Positions 1-7,507 of a stretch of 24,655 nt of DNA are shown here, one piece after another (position 1 is the first letter of the stretch; every line of letters begins with the position of its first letter). Location: positions 1 through 24,655 of IMG/VR virus record IMGVR_UViG_3300033150_002248; one strand, written 5' to 3'. The notes below the pieces were generated by a model, which was not told the DNA's origin, ran no database searches, and saw only the letters and a program-made list of their open reading frames with translations. The DNA is from a virus. Taxonomy: Duplodnaviria > Caudoviricetes. Made by a program: the position numbers and the translations under genes.

Positions 1-16
1 GGAGTACGAAAGGTGA

Positions 17-817
17 ATGCACATGCGCAGGGCGTGTGAAACATGCCGGTGGTGGAATAGGTTCTGTCCATCCCAGGGCGAATGTCGCGCTGCTCCACCA
101 CATCCTTATCGGCATAAGTCGCCACATGAGGATGATTGGTCGCCGATGTGGCGGGTATGGCCCGTAACGGCCAGTGACGACTGGTGCAAAATGTGGGAGC
201 CGAAGGAGGACTTGACCATGAGCGCTGATGCCCTGGCCGAACTGAAAGGGGCTTTGCAAAGAGGCCCTTTATGGAACAGGCAGGAAGCCTTCAACGTGGC
301 AGTCGCCCTGGGATATTGTGAAACCCGGGGCATTGAGGTTCCCAACAAGGAACCTTTTCGCAGCCAGCTATGCCTGGACCCGCCCTTCTCACCCTCTTTG
401 CTACCAGAGGATGCCCTGGGCGCCGTCCAGTATGCCCGGGCATTGGTGGCAACCAACGTGAAGCTTTACGAGGAGTGTCATTTAGATGATACCCTTGCAT
501 GGAAGATGGCTTGCGACCGCATGGACGTTTTCTGCGCGTTCGAGGTACTGGTCCTCTCGTTCCAGCACTACTGGGTACTTTATGAAGATGCCCGGGCCAA
601 TAGAAAGAAACCGCCGGTCCCCTGGGAAAAGGTGGAACAACTAGAGGGCGGACTCTTGGAACTCGAAGAAGCTGTGCATCAATGGGATGCCCTGTTACAG
701 GAAGCCAAGGTATTCGACAAGGTACCGCTATCCTTGCTGAGCGAATGGCGCCAGTCCCTGCACAGTGAAGCCAAGGTTCCCTGGTGGCTTGATGGTATCC
801 CTGTCAACCAGAGGTAA
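17..817 (+). CDS. Hypothetical protein with N-terminal Cys-rich module; probable second in-frame start at 218
   Basis: N-terminus CETCRWW..GECRAAPP..WPVTASDDWC resembles small phage Cys-rich proteins. SD AAGGT precedes 17. A strong SD AAGGAGG precedes the in-frame ATG at 218. Confidence 0.7.
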   Translation: MHMRRACETCRWWNRFCPSQGECRAAPPHPYRHKSPHEDDWSPMWRVWPVTASDDWCKMWEPKEDLTMSADALAELKGALQRGPLWNRQEAFNVAVALGYCETRGIEVPNKEPFRSQLCLDPPFSPSLLPEDALGAVQYARALVATNVKLYEECHLDDTLAWKMACDRMDVFCAFEVLVLSFQHYWVLYEDARANRKKPPVPWEKVEQLEGGLLELEEAVHQWDALLQEAKVFDKVPLSLLSEWRQSLHSEAKVPWWLDGIPVNQR

Positions 818-859
818 CCCGCTTGTGCCGGAAAATCAGGGCCATTAGTGGAGGGGTGA

Positions 860-1120
860 ATGATGGAAGCAATCATTACTCGGTTCTGTCCCCCGACGGA
901 GACCCGGAAGGCGCACATCGTTGCCAGATGTTCAAAGGGATGCGCAATCGTAGATCGCAACCCCGACGTGCCCAGGGATGCAAACCACGCTTTGGCTTTG
1001 GAAAGACTGGCCCGCGAACTGAACTGGTGCGGTCGCTGGGTGGGAGCGTACCTACCCGACGGCCGTATGGTTTGGGTACCTGCCGTTGGGCGCGTAATCG
1101 ACGTGAGTAGCGAAGAGTGA
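860..1120 (+). CDS. Conserved phage hypothetical protein
   Basis: SD GGAGG. The pattern AIITRFCPPT..NHALA..L.W.G..LPDG..VWV resembles a recurrent small phage protein family (from memory). Confidence 0.75.
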   Translation: MMEAIITRFCPPTETRKAHIVARCSKGCAIVDRNPDVPRDANHALALERLARELNWCGRWVGAYLPDGRMVWVPAVGRVIDVSSEE

Positions 1121-1203
1121 ACCGTGACACCGCCCGCGCCGGAATCAACTTCAAGGCCATGCAGCGCGGGGGCATGGCAAAAAAGCAACGAGGAGGACGT
1201 GTT

Positions 1204-1572
1204 ATGTACGCCCGCATTTACGAGGAAGCTTGCGAGGCAGCGGAACGTGCTGCCCGGCAATGCCAGCCCCAACCCATGGTTGTGGGCACGCCCAGCACCC
1301 CGCTGGGCAATGACTTGGACCCCAGCAAGCCCATTTACGTCTGCCGGGAGGGCCTGTGCGGTTTCGCCTGGGTCGCTTTCCCGGGCAACACAGGATGGGC
1401 ACGCTGGTGCAAGAAGAAGGGATTGACCTCGAAACGCTACCCTAAAGGACTGATGATCTGGGTGAATGGTTTCGGTCAATCCTATGAAAGGAAGATGGCC
1501 TATGCCCGTGCCTTTGCAGAGGTCTTGCGAAAGCACGGTATCAAGGCGTGGGCCGAGGGACGCCTGGACTGA
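1204..1572 (+). CDS. Conserved phage hypothetical protein (CGFAWV family)
   Basis: SD GAGGAGG before ATG 1204 (alternative GTG at 1117 overlaps the upstream stop). Motifs GLCGFAWV, QSYERKMAYARAFAEVL and C-terminal GRLD are typical of a widespread phage family of unknown function. Confidence 0.8.
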   Translation: MYARIYEEACEAAERAARQCQPQPMVVGTPSTPLGNDLDPSKPIYVCREGLCGFAWVAFPGNTGWARWCKKKGLTSKRYPKGLMIWVNGFGQSYERKMAYARAFAEVLRKHGIKAWAEGRLD

Positions 1573-1583
1573 GGAGGATCGTC

Positions 1584-2066
1584 ATGCGTGACCTGGACCT
1601 GAAGTTGTGGCGGGCCGAGTGCATCCTTGGCCCGGAGGAATACTGGGACAATGTGGAGAGCTTCCTGGAGGCCGCTTATGACCTCCTGGTGGCTCTCCGT
1701 GAAGGTCGTGCCCAGTTGGTCGGCAAGGACGCCGACTACGAAATCCATGAGTTCCTGGACAAGGGGTACACCTTCGCCCGGGACTGCGAAGAGGCTGCTC
1801 AAATCCAGCACATGCAGAGCCTCAAACGTACCCGGGAGAAGATCACCCCTGAGTTTATAAGGCAGCGGTTTTCGGAATCGGAAACCGAGTTTCAGGCCAT
1901 TCAAAAACTCAACCGGGAATCGCCAGTGTTGGGGTTCATCCTTTGCAAGCACAAGCAGCAAGGTTGCATTAACCCGGAGGCTGTTGTGCGAGACTTTCGC
2001 CGGGCAGTCTGTTCCGGCGCGGTCACCTGGGATGATACCCAGAAGTGGTGGAACGAAACTCATTGA
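1584..2066 (+). CDS. Hypothetical protein
   Basis: SD GAGGAGG before ATG 1584; tiles between its neighbours. Confidence 0.75.
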   Translation: MRDLDLKLWRAECILGPEEYWDNVESFLEAAYDLLVALREGRAQLVGKDADYEIHEFLDKGYTFARDCEEAAQIQHMQSLKRTREKITPEFIRQRFSESETEFQAIQKLNRESPVLGFILCKHKQQGCINPEAVVRDFRRAVCSGAVTWDDTQKWWNETH

Positions 2067-2077
2067 AAGGGCCTGCC

Positions 2078-2323
2078 ATGAAAACGAAAATCAGAACCCT
2101 GCTTCACCGTTACGGCCTGCGCAAGGCCATCCCGCACCTGCGGCAGGTTGATGACGTACTGGGTGAAATCGCCAGTTGTTTCGCCGCTTCTCTCTTCCCA
2201 GAGGAAGAGGGGCCGGAGCTGGCAGACCTCATCGCGGCCGATTATTCCAGGGCCAAGAAAGAGGGAGTGGCCAATGCCCGCCAGGCGTGCAACTGGTGGA
2301 TGCGTGTCCATATGGGGGAGTGA
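2078..2323 (+). CDS. Hypothetical protein
   Basis: AAAGG before ATG 2078; followed by a terminator hairpin. Confidence 0.65.
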   Translation: MKTKIRTLLHRYGLRKAIPHLRQVDDVLGEIASCFAASLFPEEEGPELADLIAADYSRAKKEGVANARQACNWWMRVHMGE

Positions 2324-2341
2324 CGACGGTCCTCCTCGTCG

Positions 2342-2392
2342 GGGCGGGGGGTTCGGTTGTGCGCAGGCGCCGACCCCCCGCTCTTTTCCTTT
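2342..2392 (+). terminator. Rho-independent terminator
   Basis: GGGCGGGGGG(T)TCGG pairs with CCGACCCCCCGCTC and is followed by TTTTCCTTT. Confidence 0.75.
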
Positions 2393-2408
2393 CACGGGAG
2401 ACATTTAG

Positions 2409-2933
2409 ATGGAACCTGGATGGTATGATTGCTATCGTTGCCCATTGCACCACAACGGGCGTGCCCCATGGCGGGGCGATCCACGTGCCCAGGTAGTATT
2501 CATCGGCGAGGCTCCCGGTCGTTCCGAGGCCCGCCTGGGCAAAGCGTTCATCGGCCCGGCAGGGAAACTGCTGGACAAGATCATCGTCACAGCCCAAGAC
2601 CACCGCAAGCCCTTCACTTGCGGGTTTTGCAACGTGGTGGGCTGTATGCCGCTAGACGAGAGGGGGCACACTCGCCCCCCAACACTGGAAGAGATTGAAA
2701 CCTGTCGCCCCAACCTGGTAGCACACCTGCGGGCACTCAAGCCCGCCCTGGTAGTGCTGGTGGGACGCATTGCCCGTGAACATGCTCCACCGGCCCTCAG
2801 AGAGGCTGGGGTTTACAACCAGTGTGCCATCGTTCACCCTGCCCATATTCTCCGGCAGGACACCGGGTACCAGTTTGGCTTGTTTAACGAGGCGGTACAC
2901 CGGATTCGTACCGCCTGGGAGGAAATCCGATGA
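2409..2933 (+). CDS. Uracil-DNA glycosylase, family 4 (Fe-S)
   Basis: CYRCPLH, VVFIGEAPGRSE..GKAFIGPAGKLLD, NVVGCMP, CRPNL, VLVGRIA, HPAHILR. Confidence 0.92.
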   Translation: MEPGWYDCYRCPLHHNGRAPWRGDPRAQVVFIGEAPGRSEARLGKAFIGPAGKLLDKIIVTAQDHRKPFTCGFCNVVGCMPLDERGHTRPPTLEEIETCRPNLVAHLRALKPALVVLVGRIAREHAPPALREAGVYNQCAIVHPAHILRQDTGYQFGLFNEAVHRIRTAWEEIR

Positions 2934-3868
2934 GTAAGAAACTTTGGACCCTGGAGGACGGTCTTACCCAGTCCGCCCTCCGCTTGTGGTTGCGATGCCC
3001 CCATCAGTTTTGGCTGACGTATGTTCGGGGCCTAAGCCCTAAGTTTACGTCCACCTCCATTGAGTTTGGCACTCTGTTCCACAGGCTGTTGGAGTGCCAT
3101 GATGAACTGCCCGAAGACGTGGCCCACCAATACTACCGGGAAGCCAAACAGGGAGGCATTTCCCTGCAAGAGGAACAGAAACTCAACTGGGTAGTAGAAA
3201 CCGCCCTGGTGGTGTACGAGCAGTACCGCAATTTCTGGCGCAGCCAGTTGAACAAGATGGAGTTTGTGACCGCGGAAGAGGTCTTTGACAGCCACGTAGA
3301 AACTTCCCTGGGCCAGTCTGTCCGCTTGCGGGGACGGATCGACGGGATATTCAAGCTCCGCAGCGGTTCCCTTTACATCCTGGAAACCAAGACCAAGGGC
3401 CGTATCCAGGAGGACCTGCTTCGGGATGCCCTGCCCTTTGACTTCCAGTCCAACATGTACGCCCTGGCCGAGCACCGGCAAATCTCCGGTTTCCAGTACA
3501 ACGTGATACGGATTCCCCAGCTTATCCAGCGCAAGGACGAATCCCTGGGCGACTATTGCCGACGATTAACCCAGGATATTACTTCCCGCCCGGCCTGGTA
3601 TTTCATGCAGTGGCGGCACCGTTACCGCAAAGATGAGTTGAAGATGTGGAAGCGCCGCATCCTGCAACCCATCCTCACACACTTTGTCCTTTGGTGGAAA
3701 TCAGTGGAAAACTTGACCGACCCGTTCCAGTCCCCGCTGCATTACATGAACCCTGATGCCCTGGTGAGCAGTTACGGGGGCAAGTGCATGTTGTTTGACT
3801 ACATCACCCGGGGAAGTGCTTACGGTTTAACCGTCCGCCGCACTCCCTTTCCCGAACTCGAAGAGTGA
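2930..3868 (+). CDS. PD-(D/E)XK nuclease (RecB/AddB-like, PDDEXK_1)
   Basis: TQSALRLWLRCPHQF, FGTLFHRLLE, LRGRIDG, ILETKTK. ATGA overlap with the UDG gene. Confidence 0.88.
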   Translation: MSKKLWTLEDGLTQSALRLWLRCPHQFWLTYVRGLSPKFTSTSIEFGTLFHRLLECHDELPEDVAHQYYREAKQGGISLQEEQKLNWVVETALVVYEQYRNFWRSQLNKMEFVTAEEVFDSHVETSLGQSVRLRGRIDGIFKLRSGSLYILETKTKGRIQEDLLRDALPFDFQSNMYALAEHRQISGFQYNVIRIPQLIQRKDESLGDYCRRLTQDITSRPAWYFMQWRHRYRKDELKMWKRRILQPILTHFVLWWKSVENLTDPFQSPLHYMNPDALVSSYGGKCMLFDYITRGSAYGLTVRRTPFPELEE

Positions 3869-3878
3869 AGGACCAACC

Positions 3879-4184
3879 ATGAACCCCTACTACTACGGGT
3901 TGTTGCGGCGCTTTGACAAGCGTGCCCGGTTGCTGCTACGACTGGGTTTCGCTTACAGGTCGGTAACCGTGGGGCGCTGGGAATCGGACCCCCACCCCAC
4001 CCATATCGCCCTGTTTGTCCGCCGCCGCCTGTTCAGGACGGACGTAATTCCTGCCCATGCAGTTATGGGTGCGGACAAACGCTACTGGCAGGCATTACTG
4101 GAACAATGCCTGCACAGACCCCAGAAAGGAGAAGGTCATGGTACGCAAACTCAGAGGTGCCAGCGTGCGAAAAACGGCAGCTAG
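3879..4184 (+). CDS. Hypothetical protein
   Basis: SD AAGGA before the ATG; fills the gap between the nuclease and the ATPase. Confidence 0.65.
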   Translation: MNPYYYGLLRRFDKRARLLLRLGFAYRSVTVGRWESDPHPTHIALFVRRRLFRTDVIPAHAVMGADKRYWQALLEQCLHRPQKGEGHGTQTQRCQRAKNGS

Positions 4185-5031
4185 CACGCCCGGCAAGAAA
4201 TCCCCGGCTGCCAACTTGCAGGTGAGCCTGCCCACCAAGCCCAACCAGCCCAGCGACAACCTGCAAGACTACAGCATCTTCCTGTTCGGGGCCAAGGGCG
4301 TGGGCAAGTCCTCCCTGGCAGGTCAATTCCCCAACGCTCTCCTGTTCCAGTGGGAGCCGTTTCGTACCAACCTGCCCGTGATGCAGGTTCCTGCCAAGGA
4401 TGAGCCTCCCTTGAATTGGGAACGGCAGAAAGCCTACATCACCTTGATTACCAAGGAGAAGAAACCCGGCCAGATCACCCCCGTGATTGACACGGTGGAC
4501 CGGGCCTGGGATGCTTGCATCGCCAGCATCTGTGGTGCCCGTTGCCATCCGGGTTTCATCAATGACTACGGGGCTACCTGGGACAAGATCAAGCGGGAGT
4601 TTGATTACCAGTTTACCCGTTTGCTGGCCCATCGTATCAAACCCATTTTCATCTCTCATGCCCGCCTGCGTGACGTGAACCCACCGCTGGGCGAACAATA
4701 CCAGCAGTACATCCCTACCTTGCAACCCTCCTGCTGGGACAACATCATCAAGGCCATCTGTGACATTTGCCTGTACTATGGCTTTTACGGGCAGGACCGG
4801 GTGATTGTGGTACGGGGAGGCGAGTTTGTCTGGACCGCTTGCAACCTGGACGATCACTTTCGCACTCCCGACGGTGAACCCATTGCCATGTTCCTGGCCG
4901 GGGAAAGCGCCGCTGAAGCCTACAAGCGGTTGCAACAAGCCTGGAACAACAAGATTAGTCGTGACCTGGTGTGGACTGTTTCGGAGTATATGGCCGTCCA
5001 GGAGGAGGCCAAACAGTCCCACAAACGCTAG
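4138..5031 (+). CDS. AAA_24 / Sak4-like P-loop ATPase (recombination)
   Basis: SD AAAGGAG before ATG 4138. Walker A GAKGVGKS, Walker B VIDTVD, IFISHAR. It sits between the nuclease and the SSB-like gene. Confidence 0.85.
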   Translation: MVRKLRGASVRKTAASTPGKKSPAANLQVSLPTKPNQPSDNLQDYSIFLFGAKGVGKSSLAGQFPNALLFQWEPFRTNLPVMQVPAKDEPPLNWERQKAYITLITKEKKPGQITPVIDTVDRAWDACIASICGARCHPGFINDYGATWDKIKREFDYQFTRLLAHRIKPIFISHARLRDVNPPLGEQYQQYIPTLQPSCWDNIIKAICDICLYYGFYGQDRVIVVRGGEFVWTACNLDDHFRTPDGEPIAMFLAGESAAEAYKRLQQAWNNKISRDLVWTVSEYMAVQEEAKQSHKR

Positions 5032-5049
5032 TTGATGGGAGGTATCGTT

Positions 5050-5640
5050 ATGGCTCGCAAGAAGAAGGCTGCACGCAAGAAGGCCGCTTCCCGGAAGAAA
5101 GCTTCTTCCCAGACCAGGGAAGGCGCTTCTTCCACCGTGGACCCCAGGTTCGCGGAAATGTACCAGGGGGTGGACCGCTCGGTGTGGGAGGAGTTTGCCG
5201 AGCGGCAGGCCCAATCCAGCTTTGCTCCACCGGACATTCCCGACGGCGACTACTACGCCGTGGTGGACCAGGTACAGGCCCGGGTGGCTGGGGAAAACCC
5301 CATCCTGGAGTTTACCTTTGTTATCACCCAGGATCACCCGGACGTGGAGCATTCGATTGAGGGCCTGCGCCCCCGGCTGACGTTCTGGCTGTCCCCCGAA
5401 AGCGAGTACTACCTGGGCAACCTGGACCGCCTGGCCAAGACCCTCTACGCATTGGGGTACGATTCCCGCGACTTCGACCCTACCACTCCCGAGGGCATTG
5501 CGGAGATCGTGGAACGGCTCAACAAGGATTGCCCCTTCTGCGTTATCGGCATCCGCTGGCGGGGCGAGCGCCAAAACGTCCGCGTCCTCTACCCGACCGA
5601 CGAGAACGGCACCCCGTTGCGGGAAGAGGACATGGAGTAG
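5050..5640 (+). CDS. Putative single-stranded DNA-binding protein (DUF669-like) with basic N-terminal tail
   Basis: SD GGAGG before ATG 5050. FAPPDIPDGDYYAVV..LEFTFVI beta-rich core and acidic C-terminus. Its position after the Sak4-like ATPase fits. Confidence 0.65.
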   Translation: MARKKKAARKKAASRKKASSQTREGASSTVDPRFAEMYQGVDRSVWEEFAERQAQSSFAPPDIPDGDYYAVVDQVQARVAGENPILEFTFVITQDHPDVEHSIEGLRPRLTFWLSPESEYYLGNLDRLAKTLYALGYDSRDFDPTTPEGIAEIVERLNKDCPFCVIGIRWRGERQNVRVLYPTDENGTPLREEDME

Positions 5641-5647
5641 TATCGCT

Positions 5648-5682
5648 GCCTCTCCCGGCCACGGATGGCCGGGAGGGGCTTT
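5648..5682 (+). terminator. Strong hairpin / probable terminator
   Basis: GCCTCTCCCGGCCA-CGGA-TGGCCGGGAGGGGC followed by a short TTT. Confidence 0.6.
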
Positions 5683-5710
5683 CACCGAACACTAACAGGG
5701 AGGACCTGCC

Positions 5711-7507
5711 ATGCTGGCAATCGACACAGAAACTACCGGCGTTCGTGTTCAGCACGGGTGCCAGCCGTTTCTGGTGGCGGCTACCGACGAGCGGGGAAGA
5801 AGCGTTTACTGGCACTTTCCCGTGGACCCCTGCACCCGGGAAGTGAAGGTATCCCGTACCACTGCCCGCAAAATGCTGGAAACATTCCTCAAGCATGATC
5901 GCTGGGTATTCCACAATGCCAAGTTTGACGTGCGTGCCCTGTTCAACATCGGAGTGGACCTTACCCCGTACTGGGACCGCATAGACGATACGCTACTGAT
6001 GAGCCACGTCTGCAATTCCGCGGAACCTCACGGGTTGAAGGAACTGGCGGACAAGTACCTGCACTTTCCCACCCGTGACCTGGAAAGCCTGAAAGAGGCT
6101 GTCCGTTCCGCCCGCCGACGGGCACCTTCCACCTACATGCTCCACGAAAACGTGGAGGGCGACTACTGGCTGCTGATGGACGGGCCGGACGCCAAGTTGG
6201 TGGTGGAATATTGCCTGAACGACACCCGGCGTACCCTGCTGCTCTGGAAACTCTACCGGCAGGTAATCGAAGCCGAGGGCCTGGAAGAGCAGTACCAGCG
6301 GGAGCGCCGGTTGCTTCCCCTGGTCTATCGGATGGAAGAGGCCGGGATTCCCCTGCGGCCCGTTGTCCTCAACCGGGAAATCGACCGCTATTACAACCAG
6401 GCAGTCCTGGAACAACAAGCTTGCCGTAGTACCTGCCACCTGGGGTTGAATCTCAACTCTTCCCGCCAGGTAGCCCATGTCCTTTACCAGGAACTAAACC
6501 TGCCCGTTATCCGGCATACGGCTACTGGCGAGGGCAGTACGGACTACGAAACCCTCCGGGAACTGCTGAAAATGGTGGAACCGGGCAGCCGGGCGGAGCG
6601 ATTCTTGAAGGCATTGATTGCCTATCGCAAGGCCATGAAGGCTTACCAATACCTGGTTAGCTATCAGGAACTGGCCATTCACCACGATGAAGATCGCAGC
6701 CTGCGGCTGCACCCATCGCTCAACCAGGTGGGAACCCGCACCACCCGTTTCTCTTCCTCCGATCCCAACGAACAGAACATCAGCAAGCAGTCGGAGATTC
6801 CCCTGCGAAGGGTGTTCGGTCCCCGCCGTAACTGCCTGTTAATCAGTGCCGACTACGATCAGTTGGAACTCCGCATCCTGGCCCACCTGTCACGGGACTG
6901 GAACCTCTGCCGAGCCTTTGCCGAGGGCCGGGACATTCACCAGGAAACCGCCGACCTGTGCGGCATTGATCGCCAGCAAGCCAAGACGGCCAACTACGCC
7001 ATCGTTTATGGTGGGGGGCCGAAAACCCTGGCCCGCCTGACCGGGGTACCGGACATGGTGGAGCGGTTCCACCGGGCCTATCCCGGAGTCCACCGTTTCA
7101 TGCAGAACTGCATTGAACAAGCCCGCACCCGGGGATACATAACCACCATCAGCGGTTATCGCCTTTACGTACCCCAGGACCGGCTTTACGTGGCGGCCAA
7201 TTATGCCGTCCAGGGATCGGCCGGTGACCTGCTCAAGGAGGCCATGCTGGAAGTGGACCAGGCACTATCCGGGTATGACACCCGCAAGGGCTTGCCCCGG
7301 TTGATAATGACCATTCACGACGAGCTGGTGATTGAGTGTTTTCGTGACCAGAAAGACGTGGCCTTCCAGGTAGGCGAAGCCATGCAACGGCCTGGTCACC
7401 GTTACGGGATAGAAACCCCCGTGGACTTGTCTTTGATTCCGGTTTGCTGGTCGGACCCCAAGCCTTTGAAGGGATGGAAGAATGCAAGGAATGGCAAACA
7501 CCAATGA
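5711..7507 (+). CDS. polA: DNA polymerase family A with 3'-5' exonuclease
   Basis: ExoI AIDTETTG, ExoII FHNAKFD, ExoIII YCLND. TRFSSSDPNEQNI, motif A ADYDQLELRILAHLS, motif B RQQAKTANYAIVYG, motif C IHDELV. Confidence 0.97.
   Translation: MLAIDTETTGVRVQHGCQPFLVAATDERGRSVYWHFPVDPCTREVKVSRTTARKMLETFLKHDRWVFHNAKFDVRALFNIGVDLTPYWDRIDDTLLMSHVCNSAEPHGLKELADKYLHFPTRDLESLKEAVRSARRRAPSTYMLHENVEGDYWLLMDGPDAKLVVEYCLNDTRRTLLLWKLYRQVIEAEGLEEQYQRERRLLPLVYRMEEAGIPLRPVVLNREIDRYYNQAVLEQQACRSTCHLGLNLNSSRQVAHVLYQELNLPVIRHTATGEGSTDYETLRELLKMVEPGSRAERFLKALIAYRKAMKAYQYLVSYQELAIHHDEDRSLRLHPSLNQVGTRTTRFSSSDPNEQNISKQSEIPLRRVFGPRRNCLLISADYDQLELRILAHLSRDWNLCRAFAEGRDIHQETADLCGIDRQQAKTANYAIVYGGGPKTLARLTGVPDMVERFHRAYPGVHRFMQNCIEQARTRGYITTISGYRLYVPQDRLYVAANYAVQGSAGDLLKEAMLEVDQALSGYDTRKGLPRLIMTIHDELVIECFRDQKDVAFQVGEAMQRPGHRYGIETPVDLSLIPVCWSDPKPLKGWKNARNGKHQ

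Noticed and set aside
2056-2070. AAACTCATTGAAAGG resembling the 3' end of repeat array 1
   Set aside because: There is no upstream GTTGCAATC arm or hairpin; it is explained by a stop codon plus SD.
2930-3868. Cas4 linked to the repeats
   Set aside because: It lacks the C-terminal three-Cys cluster of Cas4 and sits in a standard nuclease-ATPase-SSB recombination module.
4063-5685. Long - strand ORFs (540 aa here; also 10614..11660, 19320..20570, 7233..8174, 23844..24554)
   Set aside because: They are antisense shadows of well-supported + strand genes in GC-rich DNA and show no motifs.
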